DNA of 64,000 bases, taken from the NCBI RefSeq assembly GCF_009914755.1, contig NC_060928.1; one strand, given 5' to 3'. The DNA comes from the human T2T-CHM13v2.0 reference genome, Homo sapiens. Below, one piece after another: positions 47,491-64,000 of the stretch. Below the pieces are notes generated by a model, which was not told the DNA's origin, searched no databases, and saw nothing but the letters and a program-made list of their open reading frames with translations. The translations under genes were made by a program, and so were the position numbers. Within the stretch, counting starts at the first letter, position 1. Each line of letters starts with the position of its first letter.

Positions 47491-47946
47491 TTGTCAAATT
47501 TGAAATACTCTAATACTGTAAAGGTGATGTGTTTATCACTTTTAATCCTTAACGTCAGAAGACATTATTAAAAACAACTATAATATTTAACAGATATGCA
47601 GTATACATAAATGTAAAATGTGATATCAGTAGCATAAAATGGAGAAGTAAACGTGTAGAGTTTTTATGTGCAGTTGAACTTAAGTTGATAATCACCTTAA
47701 ATTAGAATATTGTAATTATAAAGTGTTTTATGTGAGCCCCATGATAACCATAAAGTTAAAAACCTCTAGTAAATACAAAAAAAAAGAGAAAGGAATTAAA
47801 GCCTACCTTTACAGAAATACAACAAATTATGAAGGAAGACACCAAGATTGGAGGAAAAGAAGAAATGAACTACAAAAAAGTAAACAGTTAACAAAATGGC
47901 AATAGTAAGTCCATATTTATCAATAACTTAAATTGTAAATGAATGA

Positions 47947-49596
<1,650 letters not shown>

Positions 49597-52500
49597 GATA
49601 TTGCAGGCAAATGGAAATTTAAAAAGAGCAGAGGTGGCTATACTTACATCATACAAAATAGACTTTAAGTCAAAAACTGAAAACAAAGAATGTCATTACA
49701 TAATGATAAAGGGGTCAGTTCATCAAGAGGATATAACAATTGTAAATATAAATGCACTCTACATCGGAGCACCTAAATCTATAAAACAAATATTAATAGA
49801 TTTGAAGGGAGAGACAGACTGCAATGCATACTGCACTTTCAACAATGGGCAGATCATCCAGACAGAAAATAAGAAAACATTGAGCTTGAACCGCACTTTA
49901 GATCAAATAGATCTAACAGATATATTTAGAACATTCTATCCAAAACCTGCAGAATACACATTTTCACAAGCATATATGCAAGTCTTAACAAATTTAAGGA
50001 GGTTGAAATCATGTCAAGTTATCTTTTCTGACCATAGTGGAGTAAAACTATAAATCAAGAACAGGAGAAATTTAGGGAAAATCACAAATATGTGGAAATT
50101 AAACAACATGCTTCTGAACAACCAGTGGATCAAAGAAGAAACCAAAAGGAAAAATTTTAAATATCTTGAGAGAAATTTAAATGGAAGCACAACATAGCAA
50201 AACTTATAGGGTATAGCAAAAGCAGTTCTAAGAGGAAGTTTATAGCAACAGAAGAAAGACCTCAAATAACCTAATGTTAAACCTTATAGAACTAGAAAAA
50301 GAAGGATAAACTAAGCCCAAACTCAGTTGAAGGAAGGAAAAAAAAATCACAATAGAAATAAATGAAATAGAGACTAGAGATAAAAGATTTTTAAAAACTA
50401 AGAGTGGGTTCTTTGAACAGATAAACAAAATAGAAAAACCCTTGGCTAGGACTAAAAATAAGTCTCATATAAATCAGAAGTGAAAGAGGAGACATTGTAG
50501 CTGAAACCTAGAAATGCAAAAGATCATAAGAGTATTGAAGGATTTTTATGCCATATAAGTTATGAAAATTTATATGCCAAGTAATTATGTAGCCTGGAAG
50601 AAATGGATAAATTCATAGAAACATACAACTTATCAACACTGAATCATGAAGAACTAGAAAATCTGAACAGACCAACAATGAGTAAGGAAATTAAGTCCAT
50701 AATCAGAAACTTCCAAAGAAAAACCCAGGATCAGATGGCTTTATGGCAAATATTTAAGAACTAATACCAGTCCTCCTCACAGTCTTCAAAAAAATGGAAG
50801 AGAAGGCAACACCTTCAGACTCATTTTATGAGGTCAGCATTACTCTGATACCAAAGCACCAGAGAAGGACACTAGAAGAAAAGAAAATTACAGGTCAGCG
50901 TCCCTAGTGAACAAACATGCAGAAATCCTCAAGAAAATACTAGCAAACTGAATTCACCTGCACATTAAAAGGATTATTTATTATGATCAAGTGGGATTTA
51001 TTCCTGAGAAATAAGGATAGTTCAATATACACAAATCAATACATGTGATAAACTGTATTAACAAAAACCATAGCAGCATCTGAGTAGATGTCAGAAAAAG
51101 CATTTTACAAAGTTCATTCTTTCATATTAAAAACTCAGCAAGTTAGGCATAGAAGGAATGTATCTCAACACAAAAAAAGATCACATATGATAAGCCCACA
51201 GCTAACATTATATACAACAGTGAAAAGTTGAAAGCTTTTTCTCTAAGATCACAAACCAGACACACTCACCACTTCTATTCAACAAAGTACTAGAAGTCCT
51301 AGCCAGAGCAATTAGACAAGCAAAAGAAATAAAAGGCATGCACATGGACAGAAAGAAGTAATATTGTCTCTGTTGTCAGGTAGCATGATCTTATATATAG
51401 AAAACCCCAAAGACCACCAGAAAACTGTTAGTACTGGTAAATGAATTCAGTAAAGTCACAGGATACAAAATTAACATGCAAAAATTAGTCACATTTTACA
51501 TACTAACAATGAATTCTTTTAACAAGAAATAAGAATAACATTTACAATAGCTTTAAAAAAAAAAAACACAAAATGCTTAGTAAATTTAACCAAGGAGGTG
51601 AAAGATCCATATACTGAAAAGTTTAAAACACTGATTAAAGAAACTGAAACTGAAATATAAGACCTGAAACATAAAACTAGTAGAGGAACGCACAAGTAAC
51701 TGGAAGCTCATCGTGTGTTCATAGTTTGGAAAAATTAATACTATTAAAATGCCCCTACTATCCAAAATAATCTACAGATGCAGTGCTGTTTCTATCAAAA
51801 TTCCAATGGCATTTTTTCACAGAAATAAAAAAAGAATCCTTCAATTTATGTGGGATCACAAAATACCCACAAAAAGAACAGAGCTGGAGCTATCATACCA
51901 CCTGGTTTTAAAATCTGCTACAAAGCTATAGTAATCAAAACAGCGTGAAAATGGCATAAAAACAACCAACCAGTATGACAGGACAGAAAGCCCAGAAGTA
52001 AACTCACATATCTATGGTCAGTTGATTCTTGACAAAGAAGCCAAGAACACACAATGGGGAAAGGACAGTCTCTTCAATAAGTGGTATTGACAAAAGGGAT
52101 GTCCATATGCAGAAGAATGAAATTGGACTCTTATCTCACACCATATACAAAAAAATTAAAACATATTAAAGATTTAAATATGAGACCTGAAACATAAAAC
52201 ATTGGGGAAAAACTCCATGACATTGGTCTGAGCCATGATTTTTTGGATATGACCCTAAGAGCACAAGTAATAAAAGCAAAACTTATAGACAGATGGGATA
52301 GTATTAAACTAAAATGCTTCTGAACAGGAAAGGAAACAACAGAGTGATGAGACAACCCGTGACTTGGGAGAATATGTTTGCAAACAAAATATTTGCCAAA
52401 AAAAATCTGACAAAGGGGCTAATATAAAAACTGTATAGAGAATTCAAATACTTTCATAATATAAAAACAAATGACCTGATTAGAAAATGTACCAAAAACC

Positions 52501-52767
52501 TAAAGAGACACTTCTCAAACGAAGACATACAGATAGACAACAGGTACATGAAAAAATGCTGAACATTACTAGCCAGGGAAATGCAAATTAAAACCGCTTT
52601 GAAATATCACCTCATACCTGTTAGAATGACTATTATCAAAAATATGAAAGATATGCGTGAGCAAGACTAGAGAGAAAAGAAAACCCTTGTATACTGTTGG
52701 TGGAAATGTAAATTACTATAGACGCTTTAGAAAATAATATAGAAGTACCTTAAAAAACTAAAAATAG

Positions 52768-53080
<313 letters not shown>

Positions 53081-53789
53081 TCAGCAATCCCACTACTGGG
53101 TTATATATCCAAAGGAATTGAAATCAGCATGATGAAGAGATATCTGCACAATCTGCAGTCTTGTTTATTGCAGCATTATTCACAATAGCTAAGGTACGGA
53201 AGCAACCTAAGTGTCCATGAGCAGATGAATGGATAAAGAAAATGTGTGTATTCAGTGGAATATTACTCAGCCTTATAGAAGACAGAAATTCTGTCATTTG
53301 TGACATGGAATAACCAGCTAAGTGAAGTAAGCCAGGTGCAGAAAGACAAATACTGCTACTGACTTTGTACATCCCACTTATATATGGAATTTTAAAATTT
53401 TGATCTCATAGAAGCAAAGTAGACTGGTGCTTTCTGAGGTCGATGGAGCGTGGGGGGATGAGGAATGGGTAGATGTTGCTCAAAGGGTACAAAGTTTCAT
53501 TTAGACAGGAGGAATAAGTTTTAGGGCTCTGTTGTACACCATGAGACTGTAGTTAATAATAATGTATATTTCAAAATTGCTAAAAGAGTATGTTTTAAAT
53601 GTTCTCACCACAAAAATTTAAGTATGTGATATATATGTTAATTAGCTTGGCCACTCAACAATATAAATATAAATCGCAATACCACATTGTACCCCATAAA
53701 TATATACAATTATTTGTCAACTAAAAAAATTTTTAAGTCATTGATACTTTTAGCCATTGTACCGAAAAATTTTTTTAAGTCATTGATAC

Positions 53790-54160
53790 AACAAAATAAG
53801 ATATCACTAAATACCTACAATAATGATAACACCAAATTGGACAGTGCAGAGAAACCAAATCACTCTCATATTGCTGGTGGAATGTGAAATGGCACTGCCA
53901 CTGTGGAAAAAAGTATGGCGATTTCTTAGAAACTAACATGCACCCACCGTATGATGCATGTTTACACTTTTGGGTGGGCATTTATCCTGGAGAAATGAAA
54001 ATTTATGTTCATACAAAAACCAGTGTACACAATGTTCAGTAGCAGCTTTTCTTAGAATAGGCAAAATCTGGAAACAACTCAGATGTCCTTCAGTAGGCAA
54101 ATGATTAAACTGGTAAATCACATCACAGGATATTACTCAGCAGTAGAAAGGAAGAAAATT
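53790..54160 (+). mobile_element. Old L1M 3' fragment, continuing at ~56555-57300
   Basis: cattgctggtgg-like and aaatctggaaacaactcagatgtccttc phrases. Confidence 0.65.
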
Positions 54161-54164
54161 TTAA

Positions 54165-56552
54165 AATAATAGATTCAGGGGATACATACACGTCTGTTAC
54201 ATGGGTATATTGTGTAATGCTGGGGTTTGGGCATCTGTTGAACCCATCAACCAAATAGTCAACATGGTACCCAACAGGTAGCTTTTTAACCCTTCCCCCA
54301 CTTTCCTCCCTGCTTTTGGAGTTGCCAGTGTCTATTGTTTCCACCTTTATGTCCACACGTACCCTCTGTTTAGTTCCCACTTATAAGTGAGAACATGAAG
54401 TATTTAATTTTCTGTTTCTGCATTAATTCACTTAGGATAATGGCCTCCAGCTGCATCCATGTTGCTGCCAAGGACATTATTTCATTCTTTTTTTAAAGCT
54501 GTATGGTATTCCGTGGTGTATATGTACCACATTTTCTTTATCCATTCATCCATTGTTGGGCACTTAGGTTGATTCTACGACTTTGTTATTGTGATTCGTG
54601 CTAAGATAAACATACAAGTTCAGATGTCTTTTTCATACAATAATTTCTCTTCCTTTGGATAGATAGCCAGTAATAGGATGGCATAGTAGTTCTATTTTTA
54701 GTTCTTTGAGATATCTCCATACTGTTTTCCATGGGGGTTGAACTAATTTACATTCCCACCAACAATGTATAAGCATTCCCTTTTTTTACACATGACTGAC
54801 ATATATCATTTTATGACCTTTTAATAGCCATTTTGACTAGTGTGAGATGGTATCTCATTGTGCTTTTAATATGCATTTCTCTGATGATTAGTGTATTAGT
54901 CCATTTTCATGCTGCTGATAAAGACATACCTGAGACTGGGAAGAAAAACAGGTTTAATTGGACTTACAGTTCCACATGGCTGGGGAGGCCTCAGAATCGT
55001 GGTGGGTGGTGAAGGGCACTTCTTACATGGTAGTGGCAAGAGAAAAATGAGGAGGAAGCAAAAGTGGAAACCCCTGATAAACCCATCAGATCTCATGAGA
55101 CTTATTTACTATCATAAGAGTAGCATAGGAAAGACTGACCCCCATGATTCAGTTACCCCACCACCCCCGGGTCCTTCCCACAGCATGTGGGAATTCTGGG
55201 AGATAAAATTCAAGTTGAGATTTCGGTGAGGACACAGCCAAACCATATCAGTGATGTTGAACATTTTTTCATACGTTTGTTGGCCAGTTGTCTGTCATCT
55301 TTTGAGAAATGTCTGTTCACGTCCTTTGCCCATTTTTTAATGGGGTTATTTGGTTTTTTTCTGGTCAATTTATTTAAGTTCGTTATAGATTCTGGATATT
55401 AATCCTTTGTCAGATGCATACTTTGCACATATTTTCTCCCATTCTGCATATTGTCTGTTTCCTCCACTGAATGTTGTGCAGAAGCTTTTTCAGTCCCATT
55501 TGTCAATTTTTGTTTTTGTTGCATTTGGCTTTGAGGTCTAAGTCATCAATTCTTTGCCAAGGCCAATGTTTAGAATTTTTCCTAGGTTTTTGTCTAGGAT
55601 TTTTTTAGTTTGAGGTCTTATATTTAATTTTAGTCTTTAATTCATCTGGAATTAATGTTTGTATATGGTGAAGGGTAGGGACCCAGTTTCATTCTTCTGC
55701 ATATGGCTAGCCATTTTCCCCAGCACTATTTGTTGAATAGGGTGTCCTTTTCTTATTGTTTATTATTGTCAACTTTGTTAAAGATCAGTTGAGTGTAGGT
55801 GTGTGGCCTTGTTTCTGGGTTCTTTATTTGCTTCCATTGGTCTATGTGTCTGTTTTTGCACCAGCACCATGCTGTTTGGGGTATTATAGCCTTGTAGTAT
55901 AGTTTGAAGTCAGGTAATGTGATGCCTATGGATTTGTTCTTTTTGCGTGGGATTCCTTTGGCAATTCAGTCTCTCTTTTTGGTTCCATATGAATTTTAGA
56001 ATGCTTTTTTCTAATTCTTTGACAACTGATGTTGGTAATTTGATAGGAATTCTGTTGAATCTGTAATTGCTTTGGGCAGTATGGTCATTTTAATGATACT
56101 GATTCTTCCAGTACATGAGCATGGAATGTTTCTCCATTTGTTTGTGTCATGTATGATTTCTTCCATCAATGTTTTGTAGTTCTCCTTGTAGGGATCTTTC
56201 ACCTTCTTGGTGAAATGTATTCCTATGGTTTTTTTTTTTTTTGTGGCTACTATAAATGGGATAGAGTCCTTGATTTGAGTCTCAACTTGAATGCTATTGG
56301 TGTGTAGAAATGCTACTGACTTTTGTACATTGATTTTGTATCCGGAAACTTTATTGAAGTCATTTATCAGGTCTAGAGGTATATTTAGGGTTTGGGAGGC
56401 ATATCTTGGGTTTTCTAGGTTAAATTACTCATGTAATTTGACTTCCCCTTTTCCTATTTCGATGCCTTTTATTTCTTTCTCTTGCCTAATTGCTCTGGCT
56501 ATGACTTTCACCACTATGTTGAATAGAAGTGGTGAGAGTGGACATTCTTGTC
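54165..56552 (-). mobile_element. 5'-truncated L1PB-like element interrupted by a THE1 LTR
   Basis: Antisense 3'UTR and ORF2 (ORF 56011-56202); degenerate TSD aggaagaaaatttt / aggaacaaactttt. Confidence 0.88.
54892..55250 (-). mobile_element. THE1 (THE1C-like) MaLR solo LTR
   Basis: tgtattagtccattttcatgctgctgataaagacatacc ... gacacagccaaaccatatca. Confidence 0.92.
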
Positions 56553-57773
56553 TAGGAACAAACTTTTGATAGGGCAAATATTGTATGATTCTACTTAAGT
56601 ACTTAGTATAGACAAATTCATAGTGACAGAAGGGAGATTATAGATTAATAGGTGGTTAACCTCTGTTAAACTACTGAGAGGGGAGATGGGGAGTTAGTGT
56701 TTAATGAGTTACAGAGTTCTGTTTAGGATGATGAAAAAGTTCTGGAAATAGTGACAAAGTTTAAACAATGTTGCAAACATACTTAATGCCATTGAATTGT
56801 ACACTTAAAATAGTTAAAATGGTAAATCTTGTGTATATTTTATCAGTATACAAAAAAGGAACAAACTTTTGATATGTGCACCAACTTTGGATTTTAAGGT
56901 AGAAAAAGCCAATCTCAAAGGTTATATGCTTTCTGATTGCTTTTATATAACGTTCTTGAGATGATGAAATTATAGTGATGGAAAAAAGAATACTGTTTGC
57001 CAGGAGGGAGAGAAGTGGCTGTGATTTTAAGAGTGGCATGAGGGATCCTTCTCATGGAACTGTTGACCAATTTGAACATGTGACAAAACTGCGTGTCACT
57101 GAATAAACACACAACTGAGTCATGTTAAACTGACAAAATCTGAATAGGGTAGGCCTTATCATGTCCATTTCTTGTACTACACATATGCTTAGTACACTGA
57201 GGATAATTCGTTGAAGGATTTATAGTCTCTCTGTATATTACTCCTTATAATAAATGTGAATCCAAAATTATCTCAAAATAAAAAGTTTTTTAAAAAATGG
57301 TAAGGGAAGCATGTGCCTACTATATATGTTGTTTCACTGAATCTTCACTTCACTCTTTGAGGTAATTATTTTTACCCAGAAGGTACAGATAAGGAGAGTG
57401 GGACTCAGAGCTTAAAGCTTTTGCTCCACTAGTTTGTTCCAATCTAACTCCCAAACTCACCTGAGGTGACTAGACTGGATGAGCCTCAGCTGGGCCTGGG
57501 CATAAACTGCTCCTCAGCCACCCCTTAGCAGCTTTCAGCACAGCCCTCAATGAGGAAGACTAGAGCTGCTCCCAGCTCTCTTCCTTGTCCAGACAAGTTG
57601 TTATAAACAACTTTGGTCTCAGGGCATTTGTTGTTTGATGCATCATTGAGTCTTTTCACACAGTATCTGTCAACAATTAAAAATAAATAGGATTATTTTT
57701 CCTCAGAACTCTCAGACTTTCATCTTCTCCCTTCCTGATTCTTCTCCGTGCCTCTTCTTTTAACAATATAGTA

Positions 57774-57964
57774 GGCCAGGCATGGTGGCTCACGCCTGTA
57801 ATCCCAGCACTTTGGGAGGCCGAGGCGGGCAGATCACAAGGTCAGGAGATCAAGACCATCCTGGCTAACATGGTGAAACCCCGTCTCTACTAAAAATACA
57901 AAAAATTAGCCGAGTGTGGTGGCGGGCGCCTGTAGTCCCAGCACTCCAGCCTGGGCGGGGGGAA
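57774..57964 (+). mobile_element. AluSc/Y-like with large right-arm deletion
   Basis: TSD caatatagta on both sides; right arm jumps from gtcccagc to actccagcctggg. Confidence 0.88.
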
Positions 57965-59179
57965 AACACCAATATAGTAATACTTTAAATTACTAACTTA
58001 CAACAACCAAAACTCACTTATATACATACTACCTTTTCTGGGTCTGTTTTATTTTCAGTCTTACTTGTGGAGGGACAGGCTTTGTTACATAAATGCAGGA
58101 TCGTCACTCAGCATGGGCAGATTCTTACTGCCTTTCTCCCTCTATTTCTGTCCTTCCTACCGTCACTACATAGATCGGCCATACCGTTTATATATGTTGT
58201 GCCTGCCCCTGTCGTTTTTTCATAGCTCCCACTTTCTGTATCAGAAGTGTCCTGGTTTGAATGATAAATTACATGATTATCCACGCCAAAAATCATTGAT
58301 CTGCCTTCTTTCTCATCAAGAAAGAAAAAAAGATTAAGTAGAACTTAAGATCTACTTTATAAATCTTTATGCCACATATTTTGTTTGGTTGATGTGCTTG
58401 GTTTTCATAAGCAGAGATTAACTCAGATTACCTCAGGAAAAAGATGATTTATTGTAATGATACAGTGGCACTTGAATTTCAGCCACAGGCACCTCTACGG
58501 ACCAAACTATACTCTCATCTTTCTCTCCCAAGTCACCTGTTCTTTCTCTCTAATTACCTGCTTTTAGTGTGTGTGTTTGCTCTGTTTTCTCATTATTGCC
58601 TACTTTTTTTACTTACTGATATTTTCTTATTCCTTTAAATTCAATATTTGTACCATAGTAATCCTTTTTGGCCTTTCTAAAGGTCAGAGGTTCTTAACCT
58701 GGGATCCATGAATGCTTCCAGAATACCCCACACTCTAAAAATATATGTTCATACATGTGTAATTTTTCTTAGGAGAGGATCTATAGCTTTAAACAGTCTC
58801 CAAAAAGTCTAAGACATTAACTTTTCCTTTTCTGTCCTTATTGATAACTAGTATTGAATATTTAAAGTTCAGTTCCCAAGAAAGAGGCTCTGGCCCAGCT
58901 CATCTTTTTCTACCAGGTTACCAATCATCTACTACACTGTGGATTAACTACCCTTATGTCAGATGCAATCTCCTGATCTAATTATTTCTGTATGATGAGA
59001 CATGCTGCTTATACAATAAAACTGATGAGTGTTACTTAAAAAGATCCATGGGAGTCTGGGAACAGTAAGTGGCATTACCAGTACACTTTATTAAACAAAT
59101 ACTTATTTAATACATATCTCTGGGCAAGACCTCCTGACTTGCTCTGTGAAATAAACAGAGGAATTAAGAATCTTGGCCT

Positions 59180-59615
59180 CAAACAAATGGAAACAACCCA
59201 AATGTTCATCAGCTGATGAGTAGATAATGTTCATAAAATAGAATATTATTTGGCAATAAAAAGGAATGAAGTATTAATATGTACTGCAACATGGATGAAC
59301 CTTGAAAACATGCTAAATGAAGGAAACCAGTCAAAAAAGAGTGTGTCTTATGTGATTCCATTTATATGAAATGTCCAGGATAAGCAAATATATAGAGACA
59401 GAAAGTAGTTTAATGGTTGCCTAGGACTTAAGGAGGTAGGGAGGATGTGGAGTGACTTATAACAGGCCTGGGGTTTCTTTTTGGTGTGATGAAAATATTC
59501 TAAGCTGTGGTGATGGTTGCACAACTCTGTGAATATATTAACAATTGAATTGTACGCTTTACATAGGTGAATTTTATGATATGTGAATTATACTTAGTAA
59601 AGCTGTTAAGGAAAA
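59180..59615 (+). mobile_element. L1MB/ME 3'UTR fragment
   Basis: caacatggatgaaccttgaaaacatgcta...gatggttgcacaactctgtgaat. Confidence 0.8.
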
Positions 59616-59646
59616 ATAATGCTGGCCTCAAGAAATTTATAGTCTG

Positions 59647-59987
<341 letters not shown>

Positions 59988-60041
59988 TTATAAATTGAAA
60001 GTAGAAAATGGTTGTAAGTGATATTTAAAAAATAAGAGTCT

Positions 60042-60113
60042 GTGCAGTGAGTCGAGATCGCGCCACTGCACTCCAGCTTGGGTGACAGAGCTAGACTCCA
60101 TCTCAGAAAAAAA
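60042..60113 (+). mobile_element. Heavily 5'-truncated Alu (~70 nt)
   Basis: Right-arm end plus A tail; TSD aagagtct. Confidence 0.85.
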
Positions 60114-60777
60114 AAGAGTCTATAACATGTTAATACATTTTATGTATTGGTCATGGGATTCAACTTTAATTCTCTGACAGAGATGAAGTATTTATGGGAA
60201 GAGGGTATGATCATATACAGTTTCAATAGATGGGTTGGAGATCAGATATTTCATGAAAGAAGTAGAACTTGAATTAGAGCATGAAGCAATAACTATTTTT
60301 TTGTTTAAAAAAGGAAGAGCATTCCAGGGCTAGAGAACATTGAGAATTGCAAAGCTGTCTGACACTTTATTGTTAGAAATAAAAACCAGAAAATAAAGCA
60401 AGAAATTGAGCTTGACTAGCATATTATTCACTTTAATGTATTAAGTGCTTGCAGTGGCCTCGTATCCTGGATTTTTCATAACAGCTCCAATTCAGATACT
60501 CCTTTCTTCTCGCATAAGCACTAGATGTTGAAAAGCATCTTGCTGAACCTGGGGAGGGCACATTTTAAATGTTGATCAAAAGTAATTATACTTCTTCAAT
60601 AGCTCATGTGAACTAGTAGACCAGTGAGGCCTAACTTAAATGCCATACAACTACATTATGATTGATGTCTGCCAATCTCCATGTTGTCATTTGAACATAA
60701 TTAAATACGTATTTTTGAGCTATTCAAATTTAATTCTATTTAAATTACAAAGTGAAGCTGGGGCATTGTGAAGTATT

Positions 60778-60815
60778 TTAGGTTGGTGCAAAAAGTAATT
60801 GCAGTTTTTTGCCAT
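60778..60815 (+). mobile_element. Half MADE1 (Hsmar1 MITE)
   Basis: ttaggttggtgcaaaaagtaattgcagttttttgccat matches one Hsmar1 TIR arm. Confidence 0.85.
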
Positions 60816-61252
60816 AATACTACTTACTTCACCCTTCACAGAAAAAGGGCACAACTAAAGCCTCCATATGTGCCTGACATTGTAATCATAGCAAGCACTA
60901 TTATTAAGAATTATGTAGCTATTAAGGAAAAAAAAAAGTATACAGCGTAAAGAGATGATTATGCGACCTCTTTTGCTAATTTGGGCTGCTTTGCTGGAGA
61001 ACATTAAAATATCCTGGAATTTCAGTATGTCAGCATCTAAACTGTGTCTTCCAGACTGCATGAAACAAAAGCTATATGGCTATAAAAATAAAATATTTTG
61101 GATAGCATGGTATGCATTATTATAGATGTTTACTTTATAAAAGTGGCTTATAAATCTGGTGTTTTAACATTTATAAAAATAAGAATTTACCAGGTATTTT
61201 AAACAGTTAGATTCTGTGGTTTAATAACCACTTTTAAATTAATATGTTTCAG

Positions 61253-61370
61253 TTCTGGAGGTGGTTTTTGGCAAACCTGGCTTCTGGTGGAGCTGCTGGG
61301 GCAACATCCTTATGTGTAGTATATCCTCTAGATTTTGCCCGAACCCGATTAGGTGTCGATATTGGAAAAG
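61253..61370 (+). CDS. SLC25A31: ANT4 coding exon 3 ([39 protein letters not shown])
   Basis: tgtttcag|TTC ... AAA G|gtatga; 118 nt, phase 0/1; second carrier motif PLDFARTRL. Confidence 0.98.
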
Positions 61371-62514
61371 GTATGAGATTTTTAGAAATACTAACTTTTC
61401 CTTCTTTGCATTTTGAACCATCTGTTATTTATTGGCATTAATTGTGCTATAATAGTGTTACCAGATAAAGTCTACGAACTTTGTTCTCAACCAAATGGTG
61501 GAGTCATAGGGCCTAAAGTATATTACTTGCTTCTTTTCCCTTAAAAAAGGGAAGGAGGGAAAGCCTGTTGTAACAAAAAAAGTGAACATAAAAATTGCTT
61601 ATAACTTAGTCCCATTTTTTTTTCCTAGAAAGCCCTTCCTAGATTTTTTTCCATGCACTTAGTCCTGTCTCAGCTGTGGCTCCCTTCTAGGTTAGATGCA
61701 CAAATCTCATCCTAGGGAGTCCCTTTGCCTCTATCCTTACTTAAATATCACATCTTCCCTTTTTTGTTATTACACCCTTGTTTTTTGGTAGAGTATATTC
61801 TTTGGTAACTTTTTGAGAAAGAGTGAAAAAAAATAAATTGAGCTCTTACATATCTTAAAAAAAGTGTTTGTCTTACCCTCTCAAAAAGGGTAAGACATAT
61901 ATGAAAGTCTGAGTTTAAAATTATTTTCCTTCACAATTACGAAAATATTACCCTGACTTCTAGTTTCTAATGTTGCTCTTAAGATACCAATTTGCTTACT
62001 CCGGATCCTTTAGTATATGTTTTTTCTTTTTAGTTTCTTTCTATCCCTGATGATCTTATATTTCACAATAAAATATCTTTATGTGAGTCTTTTTTCAGTG
62101 TTTGAGTGATTGCAGCGGTCACACAACTGGCCCAGTTAAATCTGGAGCCTTGTGTTCAGTTCTGTGGGTGGCAGCACAGTAAGTCATTTGGCTGCTCAGG
62201 GTGAGGTTGTGGATATTGAGCATCTCCCTGCTCCTTTGCTTTCATCCTGGAAGTAGTAGTTAGTTCCTCTAATTTCTAAGTCTTTCTGAGGTTATTGTGA
62301 TCAAATGGCTTGCTTCCCAGCAGTATCTTCCTCTGTAAGAAAATAGGTTCAGCTTTTTCTGCTCTATTTGGTGAATTACCACTCCTCCCTATTCTCTCCA
62401 TCTGGCAAAATTTTGTAGATTTCATTCTGTCATGTTCTCTTATTGGCCTATCTGGCTTTAAACCTGTTTTATTTCATTATTATTAATGTAACAGAGTTTC
62501 TTTAGGGTACAGAG

Positions 62515-62820
62515 ATTCATTCAACAAATATTGAGTGCCTTCTGGAATACAGGGTGCCTGCAGATACAGGGCGTGTGTGAGTGTGTATATGCGTATATAT
62601 ATGCACACATATTCACACCCCACCCCCCATGTAAGACATAGAGCTCATGCCTCATGTACCTAAGAGTCTAGTGGAGGACACAAGTAATAATAAATGAATA
62701 AATGACTAAAATATATTGTCACTTAATGATAAATGCTAGGGAAAAAAGTTAGAAGAGAGTGATAGCAGTTTTAAATAAGTGATCAGAAAATGTCTCAGAA
62801 GGGGTGGCAGTTTGAGCAAA
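62515..62820 (-). mobile_element. L2 fragment with embedded (TG/TA)n
   Basis: attcattcaacaaatattgagtgcct... typical L2 end. Confidence 0.6.
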
Positions 62821-63080
62821 AATAAAAATGTGAGTTTCATCTATTTAACTGGAAGTTGAAAGTTTATTTTTATTAATAAGAGGGTAAAAATAACTCAATA
62901 TTATCTTGCTTTAAGTTCCATAGTTTTGTTTTCTCTTTCAAATCAGGAAGATTTAGTTTATTTTTGGAAGATTACATTGTACATATATAATAGTTTTAAA
63001 ATATTGTCAAGGAATTCTTGGTCAAGGGAAAAGAAAAATAAAACCAGAAAATACTGGAAAAATATGACCCCTTCATATGA

Positions 63081-63474
<394 letters not shown>

Positions 63475-63494
63475 AATTTTTCCTTTCTAAGTGT

Positions 63495-63771
63495 TTCTTT
63501 GTTTTGTTTTGTTTTGTTTTAATAGAGACAGGGTCTTACTCTGTTGCCTAGGCTGGAGTACGGTGGCACAATCATAGCTCAGTGAAACCTCCAACTCCTA
63601 GTCTCAAGTGATCTACCTGCCTCAGCCTCCTGGCTAATTTTTTTTATTTTTTGTAGTGGCAGGGTCTCACTGTGTTGCCCAGGCTGGTCTCGAACTCCTG
63701 GCCTCAAGCAGTCCTTCTGCCTTGGCCTCGCAAAGCACTGGAATTACAGGCATGAACCATCTCACCTGGCC
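63495..63771 (-). mobile_element. AluJ
   Basis: Antisense dimer, (TTTTG)n tail, J diagnostics. Confidence 0.9.
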
Positions 63772-64000
63772 TGTTTCAAATTATTTTCTGAACCTCAATT
63801 AGTAACTTCTGGTAACTTTAATAAAATACTTTAAGGCAGGTTGTTTGAAGTAAATTGTTTTCATGAGAGATTAATATTTTCCATTTATTTCTTTTGAGAT
63901 AGTACTTGAAATCTTGATTATCTGTAAAAGAATGGGAGGATTTTGATTTGTGCCTTCTTTGTTAGATTTGTAAGTGGGAATTTCAGATCATTTAGATCTG

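Noticed and set aside
58085-58290. Slight CpG excess in intron 2
   Set aside because: About six CpGs, partly within what looks like a decayed hAT element; too weak to call a regulatory element.
61389-61455. TACTAAC plus pyrimidine tract just after the exon 3 donor (possible mini-intron)
   Set aside because: The branch A would be only ~24 nt from the donor, too close for lariat formation. At most a QKI-type motif.

Overview
Primate, most likely human, genomic DNA (AluY/L1PA content). The locus is recognisable as INTU followed by SLC25A31, recalled as chr4q28. On the + strand lie the last seven coding exons of INTU (inturned, CPLANE ciliogenesis/PCP effector; 1243-13462, stop TAG 13460-13462), all with GT-AG boundaries and a continuous reading frame. 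A ~6.4 kb full-length antisense L1PA follows (~14010-20400). Then come the CpG-island promoter and first three coding exons of the germ-cell ADP/ATP translocase SLC25A31/ANT4 (27571-27802, 41688-41815, 61253-61370); the gene continues beyond the window. Most of the rest is nested transposon debris (Alu, L1, L2, MIR, LTRs, hAT/Tigger elements). I found no convincing new protein-coding system, RNA gene or CRISPR-like array. The best leads are: (1) a 14-bp-periodic array of four CACGTG E-boxes with T-box-like half-sites, bracketed by inverted NRF1 sites, in the ANT4 promoter; (2) an out-of-frame upstream ORF overlapping the ANT4 start; (3) a ~100-nt polyadenylated LTR-like retrocopy nested in the tail of a CpG-preserved old Alu; (4) a very young AluYc-like insertion; (5) a possible ~10-kb INTU 3'UTR spanning the whole L1; (6) template-switch scars. 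Repeat subfamily names are by-eye recollections of consensus sequences and need RepeatMasker/Dfam confirmation.
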